Of a stretch of 64,000 bases of DNA, positions 51,985-64,000 are shown one piece after another. The translations under genes and the position numbers were made by a program. Every line of letters starts with the position of its first letter. Position 1 is the first letter of the stretch. The stretch is taken from NCBI GenBank assembly GCA_965287045.1, contig OZ336880.1:17236001-17300000 (forward strand). Reading direction: 5' to 3'. The notes below the pieces were generated by a model. That model was not told the DNA's origin. It saw nothing but the letters and a program-made list of their open reading frames with translations, and made no database searches. The stretch comes from Carcharhinus amblyrhynchos. Lineage: Eukaryota.

Positions 51985-52870
51985 TCATGCAGAACAGACA
52001 GGAGATGGTGCCTGTGCCAGCCTTTTGAATGAGCTATCCAATTAGACCCACTCCTCCCTCCCTTTCCTGTATAGCCCTGCAAATTCTTCTCTTTCAGGTT
52101 TGTGTCCAATTTCTTTTTGAGAATTATTATTGAATCTGCTTCCACCACTTTGTCAGGCAGCCCATTCCAGATCACCATTTGTTGTGTAAAGAAATTTCCT
52201 CCTCTGGCCTCTGGAGCTTTTTCCAATTACCTTTGGTTTACCAGCTCTCCTGCTACTGGAAGCAGAGTCTTTTTATTCACGCTGTCAAAAGGTTTCAAGC
52301 TTTTCAATAATATCTCCCTAACCTTCTCTGCTGTAAGGGAAAGACTAGAATTTCTTTATAAAACTGAAGTCTCTTACCCCTGGTGTCAGTCTAGTAAATC
52401 TCTCCTGTGCCATTTCTGAGGCCTTTGAAATCCAACCTAAAGTTCGTGCCCAACATTAGATGTAATATCATTCCTGGGATCCTACCCAGTGTTTTGTAAA
52501 GGTTTAACGTATTTTGCCTGCCATGTACTCAACATCTTCATTTAGAAAGCCAAGATTGGTTTCCAGTTTTTTAACATCATTCTCATCGTCCTGCAACCTT
52601 CAAAGACTTGTGCACACACACACTCCTGCTCCTGCACCCTCCTTTAAAACTGTCCATTTAGCTGGTGTTCACTATCCTCTTTCCTGTTCATATGAAGCAT
52701 ATCACAGCCCTCTGTATCTAATTCAATTTGCCACATTTCTGCCCATTTCACTAGTCTCCTGAAATCTGGCCTTGTTACCTTCAATATTTGCTACATGTCT
52801 GAGTTTCAGACCTTCCACAAACATGGCCATGAATCCCTTTCTGTCAAGGAGCTGCATGACCCAAGCAATT
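51985..52870 (-). mobile_element. Old CR1 3' remnant
   Basis: ORF 51963..52226 (FFTQ...IWNGLPDKVVEADS...KKKLD..LK...LQGY). Confidence 0.75.
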
Positions 52871-53277
52871 TGGAACCAGACGTTCGTACAAACGCAAAGT
52901 AAATAGATGAATGGATAACATGTAGTACAGAACTGTCCATCCAGTTTATAACTGTATTAGCAATCTGTTGATTAGAAATTTTCAGCAAACAATAGATTGA
53001 ATTGACATAGGGTATTAATCTTGTCTAATCCTTTCAATATTTCCACTTTATAATTTAATTTATTCTTGCCATATAGCTATTGTGTTTATTGCCCATCAAT
53101 AATTGCCCCTGAGGAGGTGGTGTTGGGCCATTTGATGGAGGGGAGATTCCCCACAACGAGTTCCAGGATTTTGACCCAGCAACAGGCGTAGGTTGGGTAG
53201 GTGTGTGACCTGGAGGGGTCCTTGCAGGTTGTGTTGTTCCCCTGCACCTGCTATCCTTGTTCCTTTGATAGATGTCT

Positions 53278-54845
<1,568 letters not shown>

Positions 54846-54954
54846 TGGGGGAGGGTGAACACAGTGTACTGTGGTTAGCACTGCTGCCTCACAGTGCCAG
54901 GGACCAGGGTTCAATTCCCGCCTTGAGACACTGTTTGTGTGGAGTCTGTGTGTT

Positions 54955-57900
54955 AACAAAGAACAGAGAACAACCCAGCACGGGAAACAGGCCCTTCGGC
55001 CCAACGAGCCCGCGCCGCCGCATCCTCCTACACCTATTCTACCCTGCGTGTCTGCGAGTAGAACCCCTAACTTAGCCAGATTCAGGGGAGAATAGTGTCA
55101 ATTTAGTAAACCAATCAGCCTGAGAGCACATCTTTGGGGTGTGGGAGGAAACCGGAGCGCCCGGAGGAAACCCACGCAACCACAGGGAGAATGCACAAAC
55201 TCCCACAGACACAGGCCCAAATCCATGTATCTGCACAGCTAGCAGTGCTAGTCACTGAGCTGTTGCGGCGCCCGTCTACCGGTCCAGGATCAAGCACACA
55301 CACCGACACGAAGTACTAGGCCACTCCCAGAACATCTAAGAGCAGCCCACGCACGACCCACCGTGTGCATGCCCCTCGTTTGACAACGAGGTGGACCTCC
55401 ACCTGCAGAATAAAAAGACAAAAACGTTAACATACAATTCTGCATTTCTGGTGTCTCCCGAGGCACTGACCCTATTTAATACCCCCTACTATAACCCTCC
55501 ATCCTCGTTAAACGAGTCCAACGTTCCTGCCTCCATCACCCTACTCGGTAGCGCGTTCCATACCCCCGCGACCCTCTGCGTGAAGAACCTTCCTCTCACA
55601 TCCAAATTATACTTCTCCCCCCTCACCCTTAAATCATGACCTCTCGTAATTGTACCCAGTCTAGGGAGCAGTCTCTCACTATTGACTCTATCTATTCCCT
55701 TCAGTATCTTATATACCTCTATCATGTCTCCCCTCAATTTCCGTCTTTCCAAGGAGAAAAGTCCCAGTTTCTCCAACCTTTCCTCGTAACTCAGTCCCTC
55801 CATGCCAGCAACATCCTGGTAAATCTCCTCTGCACCCTTTCCAGAGTCTCCACGTCCTTCTGGTAGTAAGGTGACCAGAACTGGACGCAGTACTCCAAAT
55901 GCGGTCTAACCAACGTTCTGTACAACTGAAGCATTAGACGGCAGCTCCTACACTCTATACCCCTTCCTATAAAGGCTAGCATTCCATAAGCTTTCCTCAC
56001 AACCTTCTCCACTTGTGTCGCAACCTTCATAGACTTGTGAACCTGCACTCCCAGGTCCCTCTGTATTTCTATACTCCTAATCGGTCTACCTTTTATCACG
56101 TAGCTCCTCTCTGCATTATTCCTTCCAAAATGCATCACCTTGCATTTGTCAGGATTAAATTCCATCTGCCACCTATCTGCCCAATGTACCAACCTATCTA
56201 TATCCTGTTGTATCACCTGACATTCCACCTCAGTATCCGCCAACCCTGCCGTCTTGGTGTCATCCGCAAACTTGCTGATCACACCACTTAAGCTCTCTTC
56301 CAAATCGTTTATGTATACTACAAAGAGGAGAGGTCCCAGTACTGAGCCCTGCGGCACACCACTGGTCACTGGCCTCCAGCCCGAAAAGGTCCCCTCAACA
56401 ACTACCCTCTGTCTCCTATTGCCCAGCCAGTTCTCAATCCACCTAGCTACCTGTCCTTATATCCCATGCGCCTTAATCTTTTCCACCAGCCTACCATGAG
56501 GGACTTTGTCAAACGCCTTACTGAAATCCATATAGATGACATCAACGGCTCTCCCATCGTCAACCGTTTTTGTCACCTCCTCAAAAGAATTCTACCAGAT
56601 TCGTAAGGCAAGACCTCCCTCTAACAAAGCCATGTTGCGTATCCCTAATTAGATCGCAATGCTCCAAATGCTCATACATCCTACCCCTAAGTATTTTTTC
56701 CATTAATTTCCCTACCACCGATGTCAAACTCACAGGTCTATAATTTCCAGGGTTATCCCTACTACCTTTTTTAAACAGCAGTACCACATTTGCTACCCTC
56801 CAGTCTTCTGGGACCTCACCTGTGTCCAAAGAAGAGACAAAGATTTGCGCCAGAGGCCCAGCAATTTCATCTTTCACCTCCCTAAGCAGCCTGGGATAAA
56901 TACCATCAGGCCCCGGAGCTTTATCCATCCTTATGCTACCTAAAAGCCCTAGCACTTCCTTCCTTGTAATAGTTATTTCCTGCCACTGATCCACAGCTCC
57001 CTCCAAGACACCGCACGACACCGAACCCCTCTCCTTCGTGAATACCGACGCAAAGTATTCATTCAGGAGCTCCCCCATTCCCTCCGGCTCAATACATAAC
57101 TCCCCACTTTTGTCCCTAAGAGGACCAATTTTCCCTCTAACTATTCTCTTGCTCCTAATATAGGAATAAAACGCCTTTGGATTTTCCTTAATCCTATCAG
57201 CCAAAGCCGTTTCATGCCCTCTTTTCGCCCTTCTAACTCCCCTTTTTAGCTCCCTCCTACTCTCTCTATATTCCTCCAGCGCACTCTCCGTACCCGGTTG
57301 TTTCGACCTAACATACGCCTCCCTCTTCTTTCTCACCAAGTCTTCGATACCCCCTGGAATCCACGGCTCTCTAATCCTACCTTTCCCATCCTTCCGCTTA
57401 ACCGAAACATGCCTCTCCTGCAACATTTTCAGTTTGCCCTTAAAAGCCTCCCACTTGCCAACCGTGGACTTGCCAGCTAACAGTCCCTCCCAATCAGTGT
57501 CCTGCAGCTCCCTCCTAATCCTGCTATAGCTTGCCTTCCCCCAGTTCAGCACCCTCCCGTTCGGCTGGCACTCATCCCTTTCCATTTTTATCCTAAAGTA
57601 GACGGACTTGTGGTCACTGTTAGCCACATGTTCGCCTACCTCAACCTCAACCACCTGCCCCGGCTCATTACCCAACACTAAATCCAGTATAGCCCCTTCC
57701 CTAGTCGGGCTAGTTACATACTGCTCTAGGGACCCTTCCAAAACACATTTTACAAACTCCTCACCCTCCATACCCCCAGCTCTAGGCCCCTTCCAATCCA
57801 CTCCAGGAAGATTAAAGTCACCCACTACAACCACCCTATTTCTTCCTGCACCTACCCAAAATGCCCCTGCAAATGCCTTCCTCCACTGACCTCGGGCTGT

Positions 57901-58130
57901 TGGGTGGCCTATAGTATACCCCTAGCATCGTAATCTCTCCCTTTTTATTCCTCAACTCCACCCACAGCGACTCAATCCCTAACTCCTCCATATTGTCCTC
58001 CCTCTGCACTACTGTGATGTTCTCCTTTACTAACAGTGCCACCCCTCCACCTCTCTTTAACCCTCCTCTGTCACACCTATAACACTTATACCCAGGAACA
58101 TTCAGCTGCCAGTCCTGCCCTTCACGTAAC
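54955..58130 (-). mobile_element. 5'-truncated CR1 LINE, copy 2 of the V-SINE-containing 3' UTR subfamily
   Basis: ORF2 from the endonuclease (RGGGVAL, GVYYRPP, VGDFN, ILDLVL, SDH) through RT with several frameshifts; CpG-decayed TSD TGTGTT/CGCGTT. Confidence 0.95.
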
Positions 58131-58216
58131 ACGCGTTCTCCCCGTGTCTGCGTGGGTTTCCTCCGGGTGCTCCAGTTTCCTCCCACACTCCAAAGGTGCG
58201 CAGGTTAGGTGGATTG

Positions 58217-59804
58217 AACATAAGAACATAAGAACATAAGAAATAGGAGCAGGAGTAGGCCATCTAGCCCTTCGAGCCTGCCCCGCCATTCAATAAGATC
58301 ATGGCTGATCTGTTGTGGCTCAGTTCCACTTTCCCGCCCTCTCCCCATAACCCTTAATCCCCTCTCTTATCAAGAACCCATCAACCCGCTTCTTAAAAAT
58401 ATTTAGCGAGGCAGCCTCCACCACTTCAACGGGCAGAGAATTCCAGAGATTCACCACCCTTTGAGTGAAGAAGTTCCTCCTCAACTCCGTTCTAAACCGC
58501 CTCCCCTTTATCTTGAGGCTGTGCCCCCTAGTCCTACTGTCTTTTTTGAGCGGGAAGAGTCTCTCCACCTCTATCCTATCCATCCCATTCATCATCTTAT
58601 ACGTCTCAATGAGATCTCCCCTCATTCTTCTAAACTCTAACGAGTACAAGCCTAGTTTATTCAGCCTCTCCTCATAGCTCAATCCCCTCAACTCCGGTAT
58701 CAGCCTAGTAAACCTCCTCTGCACTCCCTCCAGGGCCAAAATATCCTTGCGCAGGTGCGGCGCCCAAAACTGCACACAGTACTCCAGCTGCGGCCTCACC
58801 AATGCCCTATACAGCTGCAGCAAGACCTCCCTACTTTTATATTCAATCCCCCTCGCTATGAAGGCCAGCATCCCATTCGCCTTCCTGACCACCTGCTGCA
58901 CCTGCAAGCTGGGTTTTTGCGACTCATGCACAAGGACCCCGAGGTCCCTCTGCACCGTCGCCTGCTGCAGTTTTTCGCCACGTAAGTAATAGTCCTTCCT
59001 ACCATTCTTCCTACCAAAGTGGACCACCTCACACTTGCCAACATTAAATTCCATTTGCCATTTCCTGGCCCATTCGCCCAGCCTATCTAGATCCTTCTGC
59101 AGACTCTCCACACCCTCCGCACAATTTGCCTTTCCCCCAATCTTGGTGTCATCAGCAAATTTCGACACCCTGCACTCGGTTCCCTCCTCCAGATCATCTA
59201 TGTAAATGGTAAATAGCTGAGGCCCCAGCACCGACCCCTGGGGCACCCCACTAGTCACCAACCGCCAATCCGAATAGCACCCATTGACCCCCACTCTCTG
59301 CCTCCTATTTGACAACCAATCCTCTATCCACGCTAACACCCTACCCCCAACTCCATGTCCCCTGACCTTCTGCAATAACCTCTTGTGAGGTACCTTGTCA
59401 AACGCCTTCTGAAAATCCAGAAAGACCACATCCACCGGCTCTCCTCTATCCACTGCCCTAGACACATCCTCATAGAACTCCAGTAAATTTGTCAGACACG
59501 ACTTCCCTTTAATGAAACCGTGTTGCGTCCGCCCTATCAAGCAATTCCCTTCAAGATGCCTCGCAATTTCCTGCTTAATGACGGATTCTAACATTTTACC
59601 TACCACAGACGTTAAACTAACCGGCCTATAATTCCCCGCCTTTTGCCTGGCACCCTTCTTAAACAACGGCGTAACATTAGCCGTTTTCCAATCTTCCGGC
59701 ACTTCCCCGGAATCCAGCGACGTCTGGAAAATAACCACCAAGGCATCCACTATCACCTCCGCCATTTCTTTCAGAACCCTCGGATGCATTCCATCCGGTC
59801 CTGG
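58217..59804 (-). mobile_element. Young 5'-truncated CR1 with uninterrupted 489-aa RT/C-terminal ORF (58320..59789)
   Basis: No stops or frameshifts; (TTCTTATG)n tail; TSD GGATTG at 58211-58216 and 59805-59810. Confidence 0.95.
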
Positions 59805-59835
59805 GGATTGACTATGCTAAATGCCTGTTAGTGTC

Positions 59836-60590
59836 ATAAGAACATAAGAAATAGGAGCAGGAGTAGGCCATCTAGCCCTTCGAGCCTGCCCCGCCATTCA
59901 ATAAGATCATGGCTGATCTTTCGTGTCTCAGTTCCACATTCCCGCCCTCTCCCCATAACCCTTAATCTCCTCTCTTATCAAAAACCCATCAACCCGCGTC
60001 TTAAAAATATTTAGCGAGGTAGCCTCCACCACTTCAACGGGCAGAGAATTCCAGAGATTCACCACCCTTTGAGTGAAGAAGTTCCTCCTCAACTCCGTTC
60101 TAAACCGCCCCCCTTTATCTTGAGGCTGTGCCCCCTAGTCCTGCTGTCCTTTCTGAGTGGGAAGAGTCTCTCCACCTCTATCCTATCCATCCCATTCATC
60201 ATCTTATATGTCTCAATGAGATCTCCCCTCATTCTTCTAAACTCTAACGAGTACAATCCTAGTTTATTCAGCCTCTCCTCATAGCCCAACCCCCTCAACT
60301 CCGGCATCAGCCTAGTAAACCTCCTCTGCACTCCCTCCAAGGCCAAAATATCCTTGTGTAAGTACGGCGCCCAAAACTGCACACAGTACTCCAGCTGCGG
60401 CCTCACCAATGCCCTATATAGCCGCAGCAAGACCTCCCTACTTTTATATTCAATCCGCCTCGCTATGAAGGCCAGCATCCCATTCGCCTTCCTGATCACC
60501 TGCTGCACCTGCAAGCTGGGTTTTTGCGACTCATGCACAAGGACCCCGAGGCCCCTCTGCACCATCGCCTGCTGCAGTTTTTCGCCACGT
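59836..60590 (-). mobile_element. Young 5'-truncated CR1 (same family as 58217-59804)
   Basis: ORF 60089..60598; same tail; GTC at both junctions. Confidence 0.93.
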
Positions 60591-60608
60591 CTCAACATGT
60601 GTAGGTTA

Positions 60609-60876
60609 AAGTTTATTTACTTGTATTAAAAGTAGGCTTACATTAACATCTCAGTGAAGTTCCTGTGAAAATCCCCCAGCCGCCACACTCCGGTGCCTGT
60701 TCGGATACACTGAAGGGCAATTTATCATGGCCAGTGCACCTAACCAGCACATCTTTGGGACTGTGGGTGGAAACCGGAGCATCTGGTGGAACCCCCTGCA
60801 GACAGTGACCCAAGCCGGGAATTGAACCCAGGACCGTGGCGCTATGAGGCAGCAGTGCTAATCACTGTGCCACCCA
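60609..60876 (-). mobile_element. V-SINE with alternative tail (same type as 45405-45702)
   Basis: TSD TAGGTTA at 60602-60608 and 60877-60883. Confidence 0.88.
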
Positions 60877-61317
60877 TAGGTTAGAGGCATTAGCTATGGG
60901 ATAGGGTGGGCTGGTGGGTCTGGATAAACTGCTCTGTTAGAGAGCCGGTGCAAACTCGATGGGCCGAATGGCCTTGTGCTGCTCTGCAGATTCTGTGATT
61001 GCATCCAGCATTACAGCATCTCCTTATTACTGCACAGGAATGTGGCTTGAACCCATAGCCATTTGACTTTTAGACAAGAGTTCTTATCCACTGAGCCATG
61101 ACCAATAGCTGAGGGATCGATATATGCTTTCCTACCCATTGTGCTCCTCTGCTGTATTTCTGTTGATCCATACATGGGTCCTGTTCCACCTTCCTGTTCT
61201 GCAATGGAATTGTTGGAGGCAAGACTGCCTTTCCCTGACGCCCAGCAGGGAAGCCAGTGGATAGTAATCAGCTGACTTTCAACTAGTGTTTCCCCATCTA
61301 ACTTGCAAGAGCTGCAG

Positions 61318-61650
61318 CAACAACGACTTGCATTTATATAGCACCTTTCACTTCATCAAATGTCCCAAGGGGCTTAGCAGGATCCGTCATGAAACAAAGT
61401 TTGACTCTGAGCCACATGAGGACATATTACAACAGGGTACCGTAAGCTTGGTAGGCTTTAAGGAGCCTCTTAAAAGAAGGGAGGCAGAGAATCTTGGAAG
61501 AGAATTCCAGAGATTGGGATTCTTGGAAAGCCGGCTGAAGGAAGTCAGCCGTGCACAAGGAAGCCAAAATTGTAAAGAGTTCCAGGCTCTTGGAGAGTTG
61601 GAGGTTACAGGAATAGGGAGAGGCGAGTCCATAGAAGGAGTTGAACACTA
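61318..61650 (-). mobile_element. Old L2-like LINE 3' remnant (related pieces ~5350-5660, 39690-39950, 40700-40930)
   Basis: CAACGACTTGCATTTATATAGCACCTTT tail shared with Deu-SINEs; LWNSLP...LK motif in ORF 61387..61632. Confidence 0.6.
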
Positions 61651-61789
61651 GTCATCATCAACTGAAGCCACGGAGTGGGAGTGAGTATTTAGGTAATTGG
61701 AGCCGGAGTGGCCAATACGTCTCCCCAAGGCTGCTGCATCATTTGGTGTAGTCATTGCCCGAGCTTTTCCATCAAAACCTCCCCTAGAT

Positions 61790-62310
61790 TCCCTGAGAGA
61801 CCAGAAATTTATCCACCTCAGCCTTGAATGTAACACATCTACAAACCTTTGGATAGAGAATTTGAAAAATTCATAATAGTTTGGGTAAAGGAAATTCTCC
61901 TCATCTCAGCCTTAGATTATTATTATCCTGAGATAGTGATCCATGTTCTCAATATCTCAGACTGAGGAAACAATCTCTGTCTCTATTCAATCATTTCCCT
62001 CCAAAATCTCATGTCCAGAATCTCATTCTTCTAAACCCCCAGAGAATATTGACCCTAATTACTCAGACCCACACTATAGCCTTCTCATTTCAGGAAACAA
62101 TCTTTGCTGTGTTGCCTCCAGTGCAACTATATTCTTTATTAGATATGGAGATGACATTGTGCATAGCATTGCAAGTATGGTCTCACCAAAGCCATATACA
62201 ATTGTAGCAAACATATCTGATTCTTGTACTCTATTCTCCCTGCCATTATCCGTTTGTCCTCCACACTGCTGGCTACATCTACACGCTAACTTTCTGTAAT
62301 GTGAGCACAG
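61790..62310 (-). mobile_element. Old CR1 3' remnant
   Basis: Degenerate SPYLIKNIVALEATQQRL..PEMR translation. Confidence 0.7.
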
Positions 62311-63039
62311 CAGAACCCAGGCCTTAGCTTTATGTATATAGCACAAAAACCATGCTGGAGTGTGGGGGAGGAGCTGGGAATATTTATTCACCCACAGACT
62401 CGTTAGGGACCTCCAGTTCCTGCTGAGGAATGGTATATTCAGTTGAAGAGCAGGTGCTTCGAGAGGAAAAGCCATTGTTTAAGAGCGGAGATTTGGCCTG
62501 GGTGCACCCTGTTGTAGGACCTGCAGCAGCTGGGAGGGCCTGTTATTCCCTCGTGCCAAGCCTTTGCTCTAGAATTGGGACATCCAACTCAACCAGGTTT
62601 GCACACAGCCACAAGATCTGCCTTGTGCAAGATGAGGGCAGAGATTCAGGAATGTGCTGAAACCTCCTCTCCCTCTCCACATCACAAAAGAGAAAATGGG
62701 AGCATTTCACACCTTTTGTTCCCCCCTTGTCAGCTGGCTGTACACTTTATAACAAGTAGTGATTTTGACATCACATCAATGGCTTCCAACTTTCCGACAG
62801 GTCAGATTTTAATTCCTGGAAAGTGCTAGGAGCAGTTGGGGAGAAAAATTACAGGGGCATGAGAAACTAAATTTATATTGAACACTTTTGTGTATTGGCT
62901 AAAAGAATTAGGTTCAAGAGGAGGCCATTTGTCTCTTTGAGCTTGCTGTGCCATTCAGTATCCTTGTGACATAAGGAGCCATCAGGTATTGGATATGAAG
63001 CTGATGGACCAACAAGAATGGAGGGTCTTTTTGTTTCCT

Positions 63040-63358
63040 TTTTATTCTTTTGTGGGGCATGGGTGTCACTGGCTGGCCAGCCCAACCCTAGTTGCCCAAG
63101 GGCAGTTGAGAGTCACATGTAGGCCAGACAAGGTAAGGACAGCAGATTTCCTTTCCTAAAGGACATTAGGACCCAGATGGCTTTTTCCGATAATTGACAA
63201 TGGTTTCATGGTTATCAACAGATTCTTACGTTAGATATTTTTATTGAAATCAAATTTCACCATCTGCCATGGTGGGGTTCGAACCTGGGTCCCCAGAACG
63301 TTAGCTGAGTTTCTGGATTAATAGTCTAGTGATAACACTATTAGGCCATCACTTCCCC
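63040..63358 (-). mobile_element. Meta-domain-like tRNA-SINE
   Basis: GAGTCACATGTAGGCCAGAC..GGTAAGGAC.GCAGATTTCC..CCTAAAGGACATTAG; head GGTTCGAACC...CTGGATTAATAGTCTAG. Confidence 0.75.
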
Positions 63359-64000
63359 TCATTGGTAAAGCAAGATGGTGGCTGAAGAGTCTGGGAGCAG
63401 TTGGAGGTGAAAGTCATTTGGTGACATTTCCGTCCAATCAGAGTTGCCACTCAGGTGAGAAATAAAATCAAGCAAATGGTTGAACCAATTTCACTCTGCC
63501 TAGCGAGCTCCCGGTGATGGTGGGAATCGATAGCTTGTATAGTTGTTTTTTAAATTCTTTCGTATTAAAGACTTTCCTCAAAGTAAGCCAATAACAGGGA
63601 GCTGACAGCTCCATGGGAAAAGTTAGGGAAGAGTAGCAGAGACTTTGACTAAGTTTCTAAACATTTTTGGAAAAAAAGATTTCCTTTGGAAAAGGGGAAA
63701 CTGTCAGGACTGACGTTTATCACAAGTCCAACTGAATAACCCAGCTTCTAATAAAGAACAAAATTATAACAAACCTGGTCAAAATCTAATTCAGTGCTTT
63801 ACTTTAAAATTTGAACCAGGAAATTCAGGGCTGGTGGTCAGAGGACTTTTTTTGCACAGTGGTATGAGCAGTAGGCCAAATGGGCCTATGTCTGCTCCCA
63901 TGTCTTAAAGTCTATTAAGGATATGGAACCGAGGTGGGTAAATGGAGTTGAGATGCAGGTCAGCCTCAATGTAATTGAATGGCATGTCAGGCTTGAGTGG

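Larger units (their letters stand above)
54860..61000 (+). mobile_element. Single HE1 V-SINE split into five pieces (54860-54954, 58131-58216, 59811-59835, 60591-60608, 60884-61000)
   Basis: The pieces concatenate collinearly into head, V domain and tail matching the intact copies at 43875 and 50662. Confidence 0.88.

Overview
This is eukaryotic vertebrate DNA. The repeat repertoire (HE1-type V-SINEs, Deu-domain SINEs, CR1/HER1-like LINEs) points to a shark or other chondrichthyan. The window is almost entirely intronic sequence of an AGAP1-like gene on the + strand. One host coding exon is present: 54290-54545, covering the ArfGAP C-terminus and first ankyrin repeat, preceded by a >54 kb intron. 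The rest consists of young and old CR1 LINEs, an RTE LINE, a Penelope-like element, many SINEs, two minisatellites, a 148-N gap, and repeat-free homeobox-motif-rich blocks that look like conserved non-coding elements (AGAP1 neighbours GBX2 in other vertebrates). Most notable observations: (1) A CR1 subfamily, present in two copies, whose 3' UTR carries a module of branch point/splice acceptor, a covarying 79-nt hairpin and a captured V-SINE body; by hand count this module is more conserved than ORF2. (2) Both copies sit inside V-SINEs, and one ~340-bp V-SINE has received four separate antisense insertions. (3) Inverted CR1 copies bracket the AGAP1 exon. (4) A 74/75-identical inverted 75-bp duplication. 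(5) Ribozyme-like motifs in the RTE and Penelope elements. All alignments and counts were done by eye; repeat boundaries are approximate.
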